Below, piece after piece: positions 13,941-27,600 of a stretch of 64,000 nt of DNA. Position numbers and translations under genes: made by a program. Source of the stretch: Lingula anatina (Eukaryota; Animalia; Brachiopoda); assembly GCA_051362555.1 (NCBI GenBank), contig CM120643.1, positions 22,138,848-22,202,847 on the forward strand, read 5' to 3'. The notes beneath the pieces are model-generated. The model was not told the DNA's origin. It searched no databases and was given only the letters and a program-made list of their open reading frames with translations. Position 1 is the stretch's first letter. The number at the start of each line of letters is the position of its first letter.

Positions 13941-16039
13941 CGTTATAATTATATCTAATCTTCTTATGTTAGATAGAATAAATGCACACATACATAATCT
14001 TATGACGGTAATTAACGGTTTTGATTGTTGTGAGGGGGACTATCCAGGTCATAATTAAATGGCAGTTCCTGAGTAGTTATATGCAAACAGTTGCCAGCCA
14101 TGCAATTCACCTAGAGATTTCAGCACAGGGTCACAGTTAAAAAATGACCATATTTTGCTTGAGACATTATTTTTGAATGTCTAGTGAAAAATCAATCTGT
14201 GGCCATGGTAGAGGGTATCCCTGCCAGGAAATCATACTCAGAGAGGATGAACTCAATGCCACTGTTGTTGATGTATACATGTTCCCATTGCTCCATAAAA
14301 TGCAAGCATAATGAGCAGCTTATCAATTAATGGTATATGGAGGGACTGGATGGAGTATGCCTTTAATGCAGTGGTCACATGCGACCACAGTATAATCCTA
14401 GACAGTTTCTTAAGCAACATTCATGGTCCTCATCAAAGTTTCCCTCACCACATCATTGTTTGTTGGGGACTTCAGTATGGGATCCACATGCATATCTTTT
14501 GCATTGGCGAAGGATCTTTGATGTAGTTGCACATGAATCCTACATGTAGAGGCACACTGTTCTCACTGAGCTTCCAAAACCATAGAAAATCAAATATGGT
14601 AAAGAGAGATGGCTAGTGGTTTTGTTATATACATTATTAAATAAATAGTTATAATTATTAATAAGTAAATAGAATAATTTGATAAATTATTAAATTATTC
14701 ATATTTACCTTTCATGAGGATACATCCAAAAGCTGTTGACTCTTCTTTTATGTTATAACACTTGCTTAAAAGCCAGTCACCTGGGTGTGGCATTTGGGTG
14801 TGTCTACCAGGCAGTTCCCACCACTTAAATTGTCTGACAATGGTCATTCTAGCTTCCTGCGACTCTAAGAAACATTTTCCAGTTACTTTTTTTCGGGTTA
14901 AATTTTGAGGCATGCTAGATATACATTAGGCATGCTAGCTGTGTATTAAGGGTATTACGCTCTTTGGGCGTGTCTGCCGGGCACTACCCACCACTTAAAT
15001 TGTCAGTCGATGATCATTCTAGCTTCCTGGGAGCTGAAGGGGAAGCGGTATACAACATTGTCAAGAAGGTTGTCCCACCCCCATTTCCATGTACTTTTAT
15101 TTACATATGATCAGCTCACAGGTGTAAATTGTAATAACTAGTGCTTTTTATTCCAGATACCATGTTAGTCTGGATGACTGGTGCTATATTTTGGCCAAAA
15201 TGCTCAAAATGTGGAAAAAGCATGAAACTTGGCACAAATGTTCTTTGGTCTATGTTGATCATTTTCAAGGGCAGTGCCCAAAATTTCAAAGCGATGCTTA
15301 GCAACCGTTGCTATGGAAGTGAATTTCCTTAGTAACAAGCTAATTAAACCTTTCTTGTCCAGTTTAAATGTTTTAGAAATTCTAATAACTATGTTTCAGG
15401 GCAGCAGAACTATCACTACACTATTTTAAGGCAATTAAAACCCAAATTAACCTTAGCCACGATTGCTAGGCAGCATATTACCCTAGCAACAAGCATTTAA
15501 AATTGCGTTAGTCTATTAAGTAAGGCAAATCTATAATACTAGCTTAGAACTACACTTTTGAGCAAGATGTTCATACTTTTAATCCTTTAAGTTGAAACAA
15601 TTGTGTGTTTACACACATCCGATCAAATACATTGTCAGTGCAGATACTTAAGGCAGCATGTTCAAAGTTAGTAACCAGCCATTTCCATGCTTTTATCACC
15701 TTACGACTCTTTATAAAACTTTGCAATAGTTAAGACGTTAAATTCTCCCTTGTATGTGCAATGTATAGTGCATTTTGCCCTTGCACATTGTCAGCCTCTA
15801 CATCTGCACCTACATGCACACTGGAGCAACTCTGGGCAGGTCAATAGCTTCTGGCAAATGTGTCCACAAGGGTCCACTGTTCCGCACAAGTCCAACCAGA
15901 GTGAGCACATGGTATCTGATGACATGGCATTGTAGTGCTGATTCAGATATGTTCATCTCGCAAGAATACTCTTACATGTATATTGTTGTAGAGCAGCCTT
16001 GGTGGAAGTAAGATATGGCATCTAACGGCCTTTGGGTGT

Positions 16040-17410
16040 GAACAGAAACTTTTGAACTTCATTGATTAACAAAAAGAATTAAAATAGAACCATGCAGGTG
16101 TATTAAAGTTACTTGGTAAAGAATAGAAACTGACAAAATACAATTTGAAATAACTTTTTAGAAAATGAAAAATATCTTAGAAAGCTGGTCTCCGAGAAAC
16201 CTTTCAATAATAGAAAAGTCAACAGTGGTTCAACCTTTAGTATTTCTCATCTTACGTAGGGCATGTATAAACTCTCCTACCAGCCCCCCCCCCCCCCCCC
16301 CCTCAATACTTAAAAATATGCATATCATATTTAACTTTATCAGGAATGGAAAATGATACAAAATAAAATGAGAAAGGATGGCGTCTGATTACAAAAATGG
16401 ACGGTAAAAGGTACCGCAAATGAAAATTTTACCAAGGCCCCAAACTTTACATGGCTTAAAAGACTTCTTTAAGAAGAAAATAAGAGTAAGTGGAGAGCGT
16501 TTTTCTCGGCGAAATGCTAGGAATCGGTAGTAACAAAAGGTGGATTAAAAATACTAAAAGCAACTTCTTATCCCTTTTGGCAAAGATTATTGGTTCTTTG
16601 AGTGAAATTCAGGAAGATTTCAATTTAACCCCAGATGAAATCCTATCACAACCATTATGTCAAAACTCAAAAATTGAAAGAAATTGAAAAACTATTTTCC
16701 ATAAAAGATGGTGTAAAAATGTTTCTTTTTTTTTACATCAATTATATTATAAATGACATTTGAAACCCCCTCTGTCTAGAGGAAATCAACAAAAAATCAA
16801 CCTTAATACTAACTTTCTGGGCTAATTCAGCATCCTAAAGAGCTTACCATCTAAATGACTATCTCTTCCCATGGAAGGATATTACTCATAGCATTCCAAG
16901 AAATAATTGACTCAATTAAACAAGTTACCAAACCATCCAGATATTTTTTCGCAAAAAAATCCTCCAAAGCCATATAATATCACCAGATAAAGGTGTAGGT
17001 GAATGGCAGACATATTTAAAAAAACCTTGAGTACTGATAATTGGAAACTTACATTTAAGAAACGGATCACAAAAAAATGAAGTTGCTCCAATTCAGAATA
17101 AATCATAGAATATTGAATACTTATGCTTATCTTATGAATTTGAGAATTTTGCAATACTGCTAGGGAAAATATTCTGTACGTTTTTTGGGATTGTCCACAT
17201 GTAAAAAAATGTTTGGATATGCATCATTTGCCCCGCTAAAGATAATTCAGGTGTGGTCATTGATAGATCTCCGGAGATATTTGTATTTGGGTTTGTGCAA
17301 GCATACATTATTTATATACCTATCTTAATAATTAAGAAACATGTTAGTATATGTAGAATGGGAACAGAAAAATGGGAAGGGACTGGAGGGTATGTAAAAT
17401 GCTACAGAGA
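16040..17410 (+). mobile_element. Degenerate L1/Tx1-like LINE ORF2 3' fragment
   Basis: ILESWSPRNLSIIEKSTVV, FIRNGK..KIK..DYKNG and C-terminal CNTARENILYVFWDCPHV (zinc-knuckle relic), with stops and frameshifts. Confidence 0.7.
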
Positions 17411-17579
17411 TATCTGTATATATATTTTAAAATATATATTATTAAATATATAATGTTAAATACTTGTTGCTAGGGTAATATGCTGCCTAGCAACTGTTGC
17501 AATGGTTTACTTGGGTTTTTAATGTCTTAAAATAGTATAGTGATAGTTCTGATGGTTTGAAACAGTATTAAAACAGGGA

Positions 17580-18513
17580 ATTTCAAATTGCAGTCAGAAT
17601 ATTCTGAATGAAATTCAAATGCCGTCCGAGTGTGGTTGACTGCTGGCCGAATACAGGCAGAAGTATGTAAGAAGGTGCCTCGAATGATATATGAAGCGAA
17701 CTCAAATGCAATCAACTGCTCCCGGTATGGCTGCCGATGATTTTTTGAAATATAAATAATTCAAACATAATGCATCTGAAACACCTAAAATACTTAATTA
17801 AGATTACTTTATAACATGTTTACAATGTAACACGATGCCCAGATTGTATAAATAACGCCACTGGAATGGTGACTGATCATAATGTTTCGAATGCTGTCGG
17901 AATGCCGTGGGAATATTTAGAATGCAGTCATAGTGCAGTTAGAATACTGTTCAACTGTCATTCGATAAATTTCCTCTTGGACTGCACTTCGTAAGTTTTT
18001 GACATGACAAAAACATTCGAGCCGGCCACAAGAATGGGTAAAAATATTTGGAATACATTCAGAATTTTTAGAATGTTTTTAGAATGCTCTTCGAATATCC
18101 TGGAATGCACAAAGAATTGTATTTCAGACGCCATTCCGCCTCTAGTGTGACGGGGATTTTATACCCCGCCAGAATGTGCCTCGGATGAGCTGAAATATTA
18201 ATGTTTCCAGCAATCGAACTACACAAGTGGGCCGTTCAAAGTATATTCTAAATATTCTTACTACCTTCTGACAGCACTATAAATATTCCTAGTTTTCCAA
18301 CTACACTTGATCTGCTTTTGGAAGCTAATACAGTCGAAAGTGCACTAATCATTCGAGGCGAATTCAAGCGCATTCTGAGTATTCCAACGGTACTCTTACA
18401 ATAATTAAGGTCAATTTGAACTTTTTCTCCGAATGTGGTGCGAATTTTAAAAATTCTTCGTTCGGGCTCATTCTTCTTGATTCCTGCTGATTCTGAATAA
18501 GTGTGACGGGGGC
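17580..18513. mobile_element. Truncated Harbinger-like MITE(s) with GAATG/CATTC sub-terminal repeats
   Basis: Many GAATGC/TTCGA motifs; two right-end-like GTGTGACGGGG motifs (~18146 and 18501), the last followed by TTA; left end not seen. Confidence 0.4.
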
Positions 18514-18639
18514 TTAAACAGCTTGGGGGAGTTGGTCCACGTTTTTATTGGGTTGGTTCTCCTCTGCATTGGACACTCCAATTCATGTCACAGGTGATAA
18601 GTAAGGTTAATATCAGGGCTCAAAGATGGTGGTTCCATC

Positions 18640-19560
18640 CTTAGAACATTGTGTTTCTACAACAAATCACTTGCCAGGCGAGAAGTGTGAGCAAGAGTGC
18701 TGTTATGATGAAGCCTGGAGTTAACCCCAAAGTTAGTTCTTGAAGATGGAGTGAGAATCAGTTGAGAATGCTACGTTCAGTGATCCCACAGGGGCCTGAA
18801 CCTGGCCATCCATCACTGGAAGGAAGTCGGTTTTGCTGCAGAATCAAATTATTTCTTGTATCCCACCGATGGCCAAATGAGGGTCCGTAGACATGTTGAA
18901 AAATGCCTCTTGGAAGGGTGTGTGCAGAATAACATCGCCTGAGGTGTTATATCAGTCGGCATTTGGAGAACATTCCAAGTATTAGTAGATTGTTCCTTCT
19001 GGAACAAAACGTAACTGGGGCATTTTACGGTAACATTCTCAACAGATAGCTCACTTCATTTGCAAGAGGTGAGTTCAGGGATGCTACCGGCTTCATTGTG
19101 ACAACGAACTTGCTCACAGCTCTCGTGTGGCAAGTGATTTGTTGCTGAAACACAGGGCTCTAAGGATGGGACAACCGTCTTTGAGCCCTGATGTTAATCC
19201 TACTGAGCCCCTGTGGCATTAATTGGAATGTGCATTGCAGAGGAGAACCAATTCCAAAATAATCTGGACCAATTTCGACACGCTCTTTAGGATGGATAGG
19301 GAAATATCCCACAAAACAGAATTATTACCCTTGTTGAAGGCTTGTCGCGCCATCTACAGGAGATAAATACAGTGCGCGGTAGACGCACACGCTATTAGAC
19401 ACGTGACCTTTAACGAGCACATCCTAATGCTTATTATGTGTAAATTTGGTGACATTTGATGGCGTCTTTTCAATTTTATAGACATTTCTCTACATCTGTA
19501 GAAATCACAGTGAAACATTGTATTTGAGGGGGTACCTGTTATAAATTTGACTAAATGGTA
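18640..19560 (+). mobile_element. Degenerate Tc1 (DD34E) transposase
   Basis: HWKEVGFAAES..PTDGQMRVRR at ~18811; HCDNELAH...SPDVNPTEPLW at ~19091-19216 with exactly 34 residues between D and E; stops present. Confidence 0.85.
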
Positions 19561-19718
19561 TAAAATGTGCATATTCACACCACTATTTCGTGTTTTTTTT
19601 AACCATTAATCATGTCAGACATGGTATCTAGAATAAAAACACCGTTTATAACAATTTACACCTGTAAGGTGATCATTTGTAAATAAAAGTACATGGAAAT
19701 TTAAGAATAAATAAAGAC

Positions 19719-20347
19719 TATGGAAGCGCGTAAGGGCCACAATAGCACACAAACATCACCCCCCCCCCCAAAAAAAAAAAAAAAAAAAAAAACTCACAAT
19801 ACCTTACACAAAATCCACAACACCACAAACAAAATTCACAACACCAAACAAACTCACAACACTACACACAAAAATCACAGCACCACACAAACCTCACAAC
19901 ACCACAAACAAGACTCACAACACCTGACACAAAACCAACAACACCACAAACAAAACTCACAACACCAAACAAACTCACAACACCACAATCAAAACTCAAA
20001 ACACCAGAAACAAAACTCACAACACCAAAGAAACTCACAACACCACAAACAAAACTCACAACACTACACACAAAACTCACAACACCAAACAAACTCACAA
20101 CACCACAATCAAAACTCGCAACACCAAACAAACGGGAATTACGGAGGGAATTAAATATAGAGGCTAGCAAACCTGAGTATCATGTTTACCGTATCATGTC
20201 TGCACTAGATGACCACCCGAACCTGACCCACTTCATAGGCCATTAAAGAATAATCAATCAATAGTCACGCCTACACATTATAGAGTAGTGATAATTCCAA
20301 CCCTTCTAGAGAAAATAGCCTATTTCTAATTTTAAGCAGATCGTCTA

Positions 20348-20382
<35 letters not shown>

Positions 20383-20944
20383 TAGCGGGATAGACAACTA
20401 GCCAAACAGCCAAAGTAACCATATTTATATTGACATTGCACTATTAATTTGTTCTACGTTACGTTATTGTTTCTACAAGGACCATACCTTAAACTGTTGG
20501 TGAGCTTTATTTTTAGAAACGCTGTTGCCCAACAGTCGCACAGCTGAATCTGAAATTTCAATTAAGCTTTATTGAGTATAACGTGAGACACAAACTTTAT
20601 ATCTTGAAGTGTTGGAACGGCCACTACTCTTTAATTTGTAGGCTTGACAAATGATTGATTATTCCTTAATGGCCACTGAAGTGGGTCAAGTTTGAGTGGT
20701 CATCTAGTGCAAACATCATTACATGCCATTCAGATTTACTAGCCTCTGCGTTTAAAACACTCTCTACTGTTTGTTTGGTGTTGTGTGTTTTGTTTGTGGT
20801 GTTGTGAGTCTGTTTGGTGTTGTGAGTTTTGTGTGTTGTGTTGTGCGTTTGTTTGGTGTTGAAGAGTTTTTTGTGTGGTGTTGTGAGTTTTGTTTGTGAT
20901 GTAGCGATATTTGTGTGGTGTTGTGGCCCTTGCACGCTTCCATA
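19719..20944. mobile_element. IS3EU-type non-autonomous foldback element
   Basis: TATGGAAGCG..CGCTTCCATA ends; 6-bp TSD AAAGAC (19713-18 and 20945-50); long inverted arms built of CACAACAC/AAACT repeats. Confidence 0.85.
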
Positions 20945-21396
20945 AAAGACTGATGGTGGCAGCATTTGTTTTTCTTTACATACTGATTGTGTTTCGAACA
21001 GTTAAATAAAATAATCACAACAGGTAGATTGTGGGAATGACCATGACCGGTGGTAACTACAATTCAATGCAAACTAAAAAAATCAATCAAAAGCAACCCT
21101 TGTGGTTGTAGCTCGTCGAATGGTAAACCCCTCTGATCATTTAGTGAAACATTAAATGCATTTGTGAGATATTGAAATTATAACTATCCATATAATGCGG
21201 CAAGATATACTTTTGGCTGCCATTTCGAAAAAATAATATTAACTTATGGTCACCTGTTTGTTACTAGTTCTATAAAAATCATATACCGTGTATAGTACCT
21301 AGATTTATGTCATCTACCCAAGTTCCATGCTTCTATCACAAAATAAATAAATAAATAATCTTATACCGTTACTGTACTATTTGATTTTTACATCAG

Positions 21397-21601
21397 GCTT
21401 GGTGCATGGGCCAGTGCTGCAGCGAACGCTGTCAATGTCCAAACGGAAGATATGAGTTCACCTAATAGACCAGGAGCAATCGCAGAGCGCTACGAAGACC
21501 TATACAATGACCTGTGGCTAGATGCTTTTGAAGAACTGACAGAAAATAAAGACAAAGTTGAAGAGCCAGTTGCAAAGAGAATGCTCTGCAGTATATTTAA
21601 G
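21397..21601 (+). CDS. Mieap-like gene exon (phase 2-0): [47 protein letters not shown]...CSIFK
   Basis: Acceptor ttttacatcAG at 21395-96, donor GTgggt at 21602; contains the Mieap signature. Confidence 0.88.
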
Positions 21602-24600
21602 GTGGGTTTTAGCAAAACGTTTTTTTTTTTTTTAGTAAGAAGGTGTCGGTAATTTGAGTTAGCGTCTGTCTGCATGAACTTACAAGTTCCACTGCCGGAT
21701 TTTGTGGATGAAAAGCTTTTTGTGCCTTAAGGCCGGTAATAGTAAAACTATGCCCTGGGCTTATAACTTTTTATAAAAAAATTTAAACATACTTCCCAAA
21801 AGGCCAATTAAAGACGGAGATTAAGTGCAGTGTCCAACGGATGACTCTATAGCGCCAAATTGGGGCGAAAAATGCCGTTTTCGGAGTTGGGATTTTCTCT
21901 ATAACCAAGACAGCTATTCAGGTGATTCAAACGGCCTCATAAAGCTGGATGAAAGCTCTTCAATCGGGTACCAAGGAATTGTATTAAACTATTTACTTTT
22001 GATTTTATCATCTTTTACGTTACATTGCCCCATATTTCAATAGGTAATTCACTTCAAAAGACGATAACTTTCAAACAAACAATTTCCTCTAAAACCCCTG
22101 AAATCAGGCTGTAGTCCACATTCCCAACAACAATTAGTGCAACTTTTGTAACGATCGGTTGCTCAGATAGTGAGATATACTTGACAGCGATTCACTTATC
22201 TCGTCAATATAGGAAGCTGTTAAAACAGCCCAAAACGTTCACAGGTTGGTTAACAGAGCTTATCAGTCAAATGCTTCGCTGGCAAATTTACCTGTTATCG
22301 GTTATACGATCAGATGGAACCATTTCTCATTGTCATCTAAAAATATTTTGTTTGGGTGCTTTGAAAGGGCAGAAAATCGTGCTTTTGTTACATTTTCCGA
22401 ACACACTTTAGACTTGTAAGCGTGCCGCCATTTTGATTGACAGCTGTGGAGAGGGCCCCAGCCTAGTGATGCCCAGTAGGGTGTCAAGGATATGTAGAAG
22501 GAAGCGCTAACAAAGGCGATTACGTTTGACCGAGTTTAAGATCAAGAATAAACCCAAGGTGTTTGTGGTATTTTTTCTGTGTTATAGCCGTGTTGCATAG
22601 AATAAGTGGACTGTACTTTTCTACATTTTCTTTTTTCGTAGTAAAAATCACTTCATTGCACTTTTTTGGTTTAAAAAATAATTTCCACTTCACTGACCAT
22701 GCTTCAAGGTATGAGATATCAGACTGGAGAATGTCATGAGCTCTCCTGTTGTCCGGGGTAGACGGGAGAAAAATCGAAGTATCATCAGCATATATGAAGC
22801 AGTGCGAGATAAGACCATCAGGTAGGTCGTTTATATACAGAAGAAATAGAAGCGGGCCGAGTATACTTCCTTGCGGAACACTGGTATTGATGAAGTTTGT
22901 CTCGGAGACCTTAGAAAGGGTACCGTTTATGCGCACTCTGATTTTCCTATTGTTCAGATAAGAGGCCAAGAGAGAGTGCAGTTTACCTCTAAAACCATAG
23001 GATATAAGTTTCAGCAATAAGAGACTGTGAGGTACGCTGTCAAATGCAGCAGCAAAATCGAGGAAAATACCTCTAGTGTCAAGACCATTTCTGAAATTGT
23101 CCCTAATCAGATTATCAATCGATAGCAATTGATATTCTGTGCTGTGTCCACTCAGGAAACCCGATTGTCTGTCATAGAGAAGTTTATTGCCCATAACATG
23201 CCTAATCATTCTCGTATATATGATCCGCTCTAGGACCTTAGATATAACGCTTAACAATGAGATAGGTCTATAGTTTTCTACGTCAGTTATTGTGTAATAA
23301 TACTGAAAGGTTCCAAGTTTTTATGAACAGGTTGATGCTAACGTATTACAAATAAATATAAGCATCACAGCATATTTCCTTACTAATATATATCGGACGT
23401 ACCACTGGTATAATACCGGTAGAGATACAGGTAAAGATGACAGCATTGATAACTGGGTTTGCGGCGCTGTTAGTACAGCGTGGTTAGTGTCAGGTTGTTA
23501 TCTGATAAAGTTTGCTACTAGTTCCTGGGAACTTACCTGGCACTGGACAATCAAGTTGATAAAATCACAAAAACGCCGGTAGAAAACAAAGCATACCTGC
23601 TCAACGTTGATTTGTTCAGATTCTTGACTAAGGGGTGCGTTACAGGTGTCAAAGGCCAAGACTTAAACTTAGGGGCTTGGCATGTCACTGGACATTCCTT
23701 TCTATTTCTACCCAAATCTAATAAAGCCTCATTTGCTTAACTTTGGCCAAATTTCCAATATCTACAGGTTGTGTAGTTTAATGCTTCGGGATTCTCTGGC
23801 AGCGGTTAATGTTGGGGACACCTGTGCGGCCCGTCAACGTACCTAGACCCACTTTTGCCAGTGCCACATTTTCCATTGCCGTAAATATCAAATTTGTGAA
23901 TAGAATGAGGAATAATGACAGTTATGAAAAATGTTCGGAAGTACTTGCCACCTTCGTCACAGTAACCACATGGGCTGTGCTGCCCCCCCCCTCCACAGGC
24001 GACACCTTGCGGAGCAAGCGTGCGTAATCCAGAGTGCAACTGAAAATAACCTTGTCGCGCGACCTTATTAAGAGGTGTGAAGTTGCATCTGAACGTTTCA
24101 ATGGGTCTTCCTCGGCAATCGAGTAATTTTACCTGGGAGATTCCTTCTCTGTTATCGGCAAAGTGATCGGATGAAACTGTCTGTCGAGAGTAAGTGGTCG
24201 TCACTTGTGTTAGTACGAGTTTTTGACAGGTAACGCTGCAGGATTATTTTGCACGGCACTTGGTTATCGTCAGATCAACGGAAAAATCCAATGATTACTG
24301 CTGAGAGGTATCTCTCGAAATGCCAGCTAAGATAAAGGGGAGACGCTCAGCGGCAGAAGGATCAGCGGTAAAAGTGGTTTTGAGAAGGCTTTTGAATAAA
24401 ATGACAGAGTGTGGGTGAGTTTTGAAACCACGAACGTGTTGATTGTAAAAAAAAAAGTATCTATTCATATCTTTTGAAACATGTAAAAGTTGCGTCGGCA
24501 TTTTACTGTGTCTAATACCAGATTACTCATCGTACTTTAGGCCAACATAAAGTTATTATTTTATGAATAAGTCTGATGTGTTCAGGTACCACGTGTGTTG

Positions 24601-27600
24601 TACAGTCCTATTTATACACACCTTCCTTTTATTTTTAGGTTTGATGGGAAAAGAGTTCACAAAAGGATTAGATGTTACAGTAACAGCCGCAAAAATGAAA
24701 GGAAAACACATATCAAAATTCGTTTTATACACTATAGCTCTTGGGCAAGGGCATTGAAGGTAAAAACAAAAACAAAAAACACGATTTTTCAATATACCAA
24801 TCTTCAGTAGGAGTTCCTTTGCAAAACATTAGGACAAAAATGTTGGTTTTCACTTTTTATTACAAACGTGTAAAATGTGTTATTTAAAGTATTTTGTAAT
24901 AGTGTAGAGCTATTTATTTACGGAGTCCGACTTTTAGAAGGTCAAATAAAATTATTACTATAAATTAACTTTATTCAGTTTTTATCACTTGGTTATTGCA
25001 TTCATTTTTTGTACCTATGTTTTCTTTTTTGATATACAGAAGCAAGACACTGGACCTGACGGACGTCATTACAGCTTTCCAGCAGAGATGCTTTTTTAAT
25101 CAGGGCAATCATACCTAACCAGGTGAAAGCTGAGATTAGACAGGTAATGATAAACCATATCTTATTGCAAGTGTACAAACCTTTTATTCAATTGCAATCA
25201 GGTTTTAAAGTAAAATATGTTGGCGTTGTATTTTTCTAATATGCTTTACTGGTATGGTCCTTTATTTATTCCGAAGTATACTGATGAAGTATACTGATGC
25301 GAAAAATATGTGGGAGCTACATATACAAACTATAACTTCTGTCAAAAAAACTTTTTTGTCTTTCTGTATGCCTACTAGGCTGATTATGTAATTTTTACTA
25401 CAGCTATGGTTTTTTTTTCACCTCTTTTAGACTGGGTATGCTGTTTCCATGGAGGAATACTGCCAAGCTGTCTTATCAACATCATGATGCTGAGCACCTA
25501 GTTCAAAGATGCCAATGAGCACCTAGTTCAAAGATGCCAATTATCTCTTCATTGCAACAATCAAATGCCAACTAGCCAAGAGGTCAAGTAGACTGTCAAA
25601 CCAGTGATGACATTGTTGATTAATCATTGTGGTGGTGCTTTGTCCAACCTTGAGTAATTGAGTAAAGTGATTAGATCAGTTCTGCCATAGGGAACATTTA
25701 ACAGTTTTGATAAGGACTCTGATAACAGGAAGCAACAATGAAACTTGACTGTCATCCAGATCAAGATTGGAATGGCAAGTTCAAGCTACAACTGAAGTAT
25801 TTACATAAAGCAAGTTCCCTGGAGGTGCTAGAATTTTTCTGAGCTAGATAACATCAGAAGTGAAAAAAAGAAAGAAAGAACAATTTTACCCTGCTTATGA
25901 GTAGACATTATCATTACATGGGATTCTTGATGCTTTAGTCTTTGGCTACCAGTTTTTATGTACAGACACATATGTGTCTGTACATATAGCCATCACCTGC
26001 GTCTGTCGTCGCCGTCGTCGCCGTCGTCGCCGTGCACTTTTACCGATAACACGATAAGTGGAATACTGTTTTTCATTTCAGCTTGAAACTTACAGAATTG
26101 ATAAATATTTATAATACGCAGGTCAAGTTCGAAAATCAGCATGATCGGGTCACTTGTAGGGAAGTTATGCTGTTTTTTCACTTTTTTCAGCATATATGCA
26201 GCACCGATAACACGATAAGTGGAAAATCATTTTACTTTTTGGTTTGAAACTTACAAAACTGATGAATATTCATAATACGCAGGTCAAGTTCGAAAATTAG
26301 CATGATCGGGCCATATTTGTGGAAGTTATTCTATTTTTTCATCTTTTTCAGCATAAATGCAACACCGATAACACGATAAGTGAAAAACCGTTTTACCTTT
26401 TGGCTTGAAACTTACAGAACTGATGAATATTCTTAATACGCAGGTCAAGTTCGAAAATCAGCATGATCGGGCCATGTTTGTGGAAGTTATGCCATTTTTT
26501 CATTTTTTTTTTTCAGCATAAATGCAACACCGATAACACGATAAGCGAAAAATCGTTTTACTTTTTGGCTTATAAGTTTCTGAAATGATGAATATTCATA
26601 ATACGCAGGTCAAATTCGAAAATCAGTCTGATCGGGCCATTTTAATGGAAGTTATGCTGTTTTTTCACTATTTCAGCATATGTGCAACACCGATAACACA
26701 TTTCAAGGAAAATCAATTGGCCAATCGTCTTGAAATTCACAGGGGTGATCAGATTTACTAAAATACAGATGAGGTTCGAAAATGAGCTTGATCGGTTCAG
26801 TTTTGGTGAAATTGTGCCTTTTTTTTGTATATAAGTCTTCTTTCCTCGGATTTAATTCTTAGGCATGTTAACAATCTCATTTGTGAACTAATTAGTAATG
26901 TAAAGGTGTTCTTTTGACATTTTCTGCATCTTAACAATATTGTTAGTTGATTATATAAAAATGATGGTAAACCTGTTATTGTGCATTTTATAATAAAGTG
27001 TCAAAAATGGAAATAAACTCATATCTTTACAGTTTGTCAGATTCAATCATTCACCATGTTCAGAATCTCAGAATGGAACAAATTGGACATTTAAAATTGT
27101 TCTATTGATATTTTTCCTATGTCAACAACTATCTTAGTTGATCATTTAAAAACAACAGTAAATTGATTATTTTGATATATGTAAAAAAAGTGTTAAAAGT
27201 GGAAAGAAATTCATTTCAGTACAGTTATCTCTTGTGTACATTTTGGCATTTTGAAGTTGTGACTCTGAACTTCCATGGCCCTGAAGACCTTTCCATATCA
27301 AATTTTCTGAATATCCATGATACTTTTATTTTATTATTAAAAATTGATGGTCATTATGCTGTTAAGCATTATGTAATATTGCATCAAAATTGAAGACAAC
27401 CCCATTTTAGACAATGCCTCCATAGTGACCATTAAAGGAAAACCAAGTCACTTACTCTTCTCAAACTTACAGAAATGTAGCATAGCACTAAATTATAGCT
27501 TCAGTTGGAAAACCTGTTATATCGGTTAACTTTCTTGGAAATTATATAGTTTTTTGTTACAATTAAAATTTTCACATATGGACATTTTCTAGGCGTGACT

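Larger units (their letters stand above)
15119..19664. mobile_element. Old long-TIR DNA element (CAGGTG..CACCTG|TA, Tc1/mariner-type ends) hosting nested insertions
   Basis: 15119-15170 is inverted to ~19612-19664; ~15403-15500 is inverted to ~17455-17555, so the right arm is split by later insertions. The left TSD reads CA rather than TA. Confidence 0.55.

Noticed and set aside
19720-21018. Q/H/N-rich and CGVVSF-repeat ORFs
   Set aside because: They are translations of the IS3EU sub-terminal repeat arrays.
22213-22300. Possible Mieap exon [18 protein letters not shown]
   Set aside because: Weak acceptor, no clear donor, adjacent to repeat-like sequence; 50039-50155 fits the expected position better.
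23460-23530. tRNA/SINE-like A-box (TAGTACAGCGTGGTTAG)
   Set aside because: No B-box or cloverleaf can be formed.
26043-26800. Regularly spaced repeats suggesting a CRISPR array (also 4099-4500 and 34400-35100)
   Set aside because: Whole units repeat with no unique spacers, there are no cas genes and the context is eukaryotic; these are HINE internal satellites.
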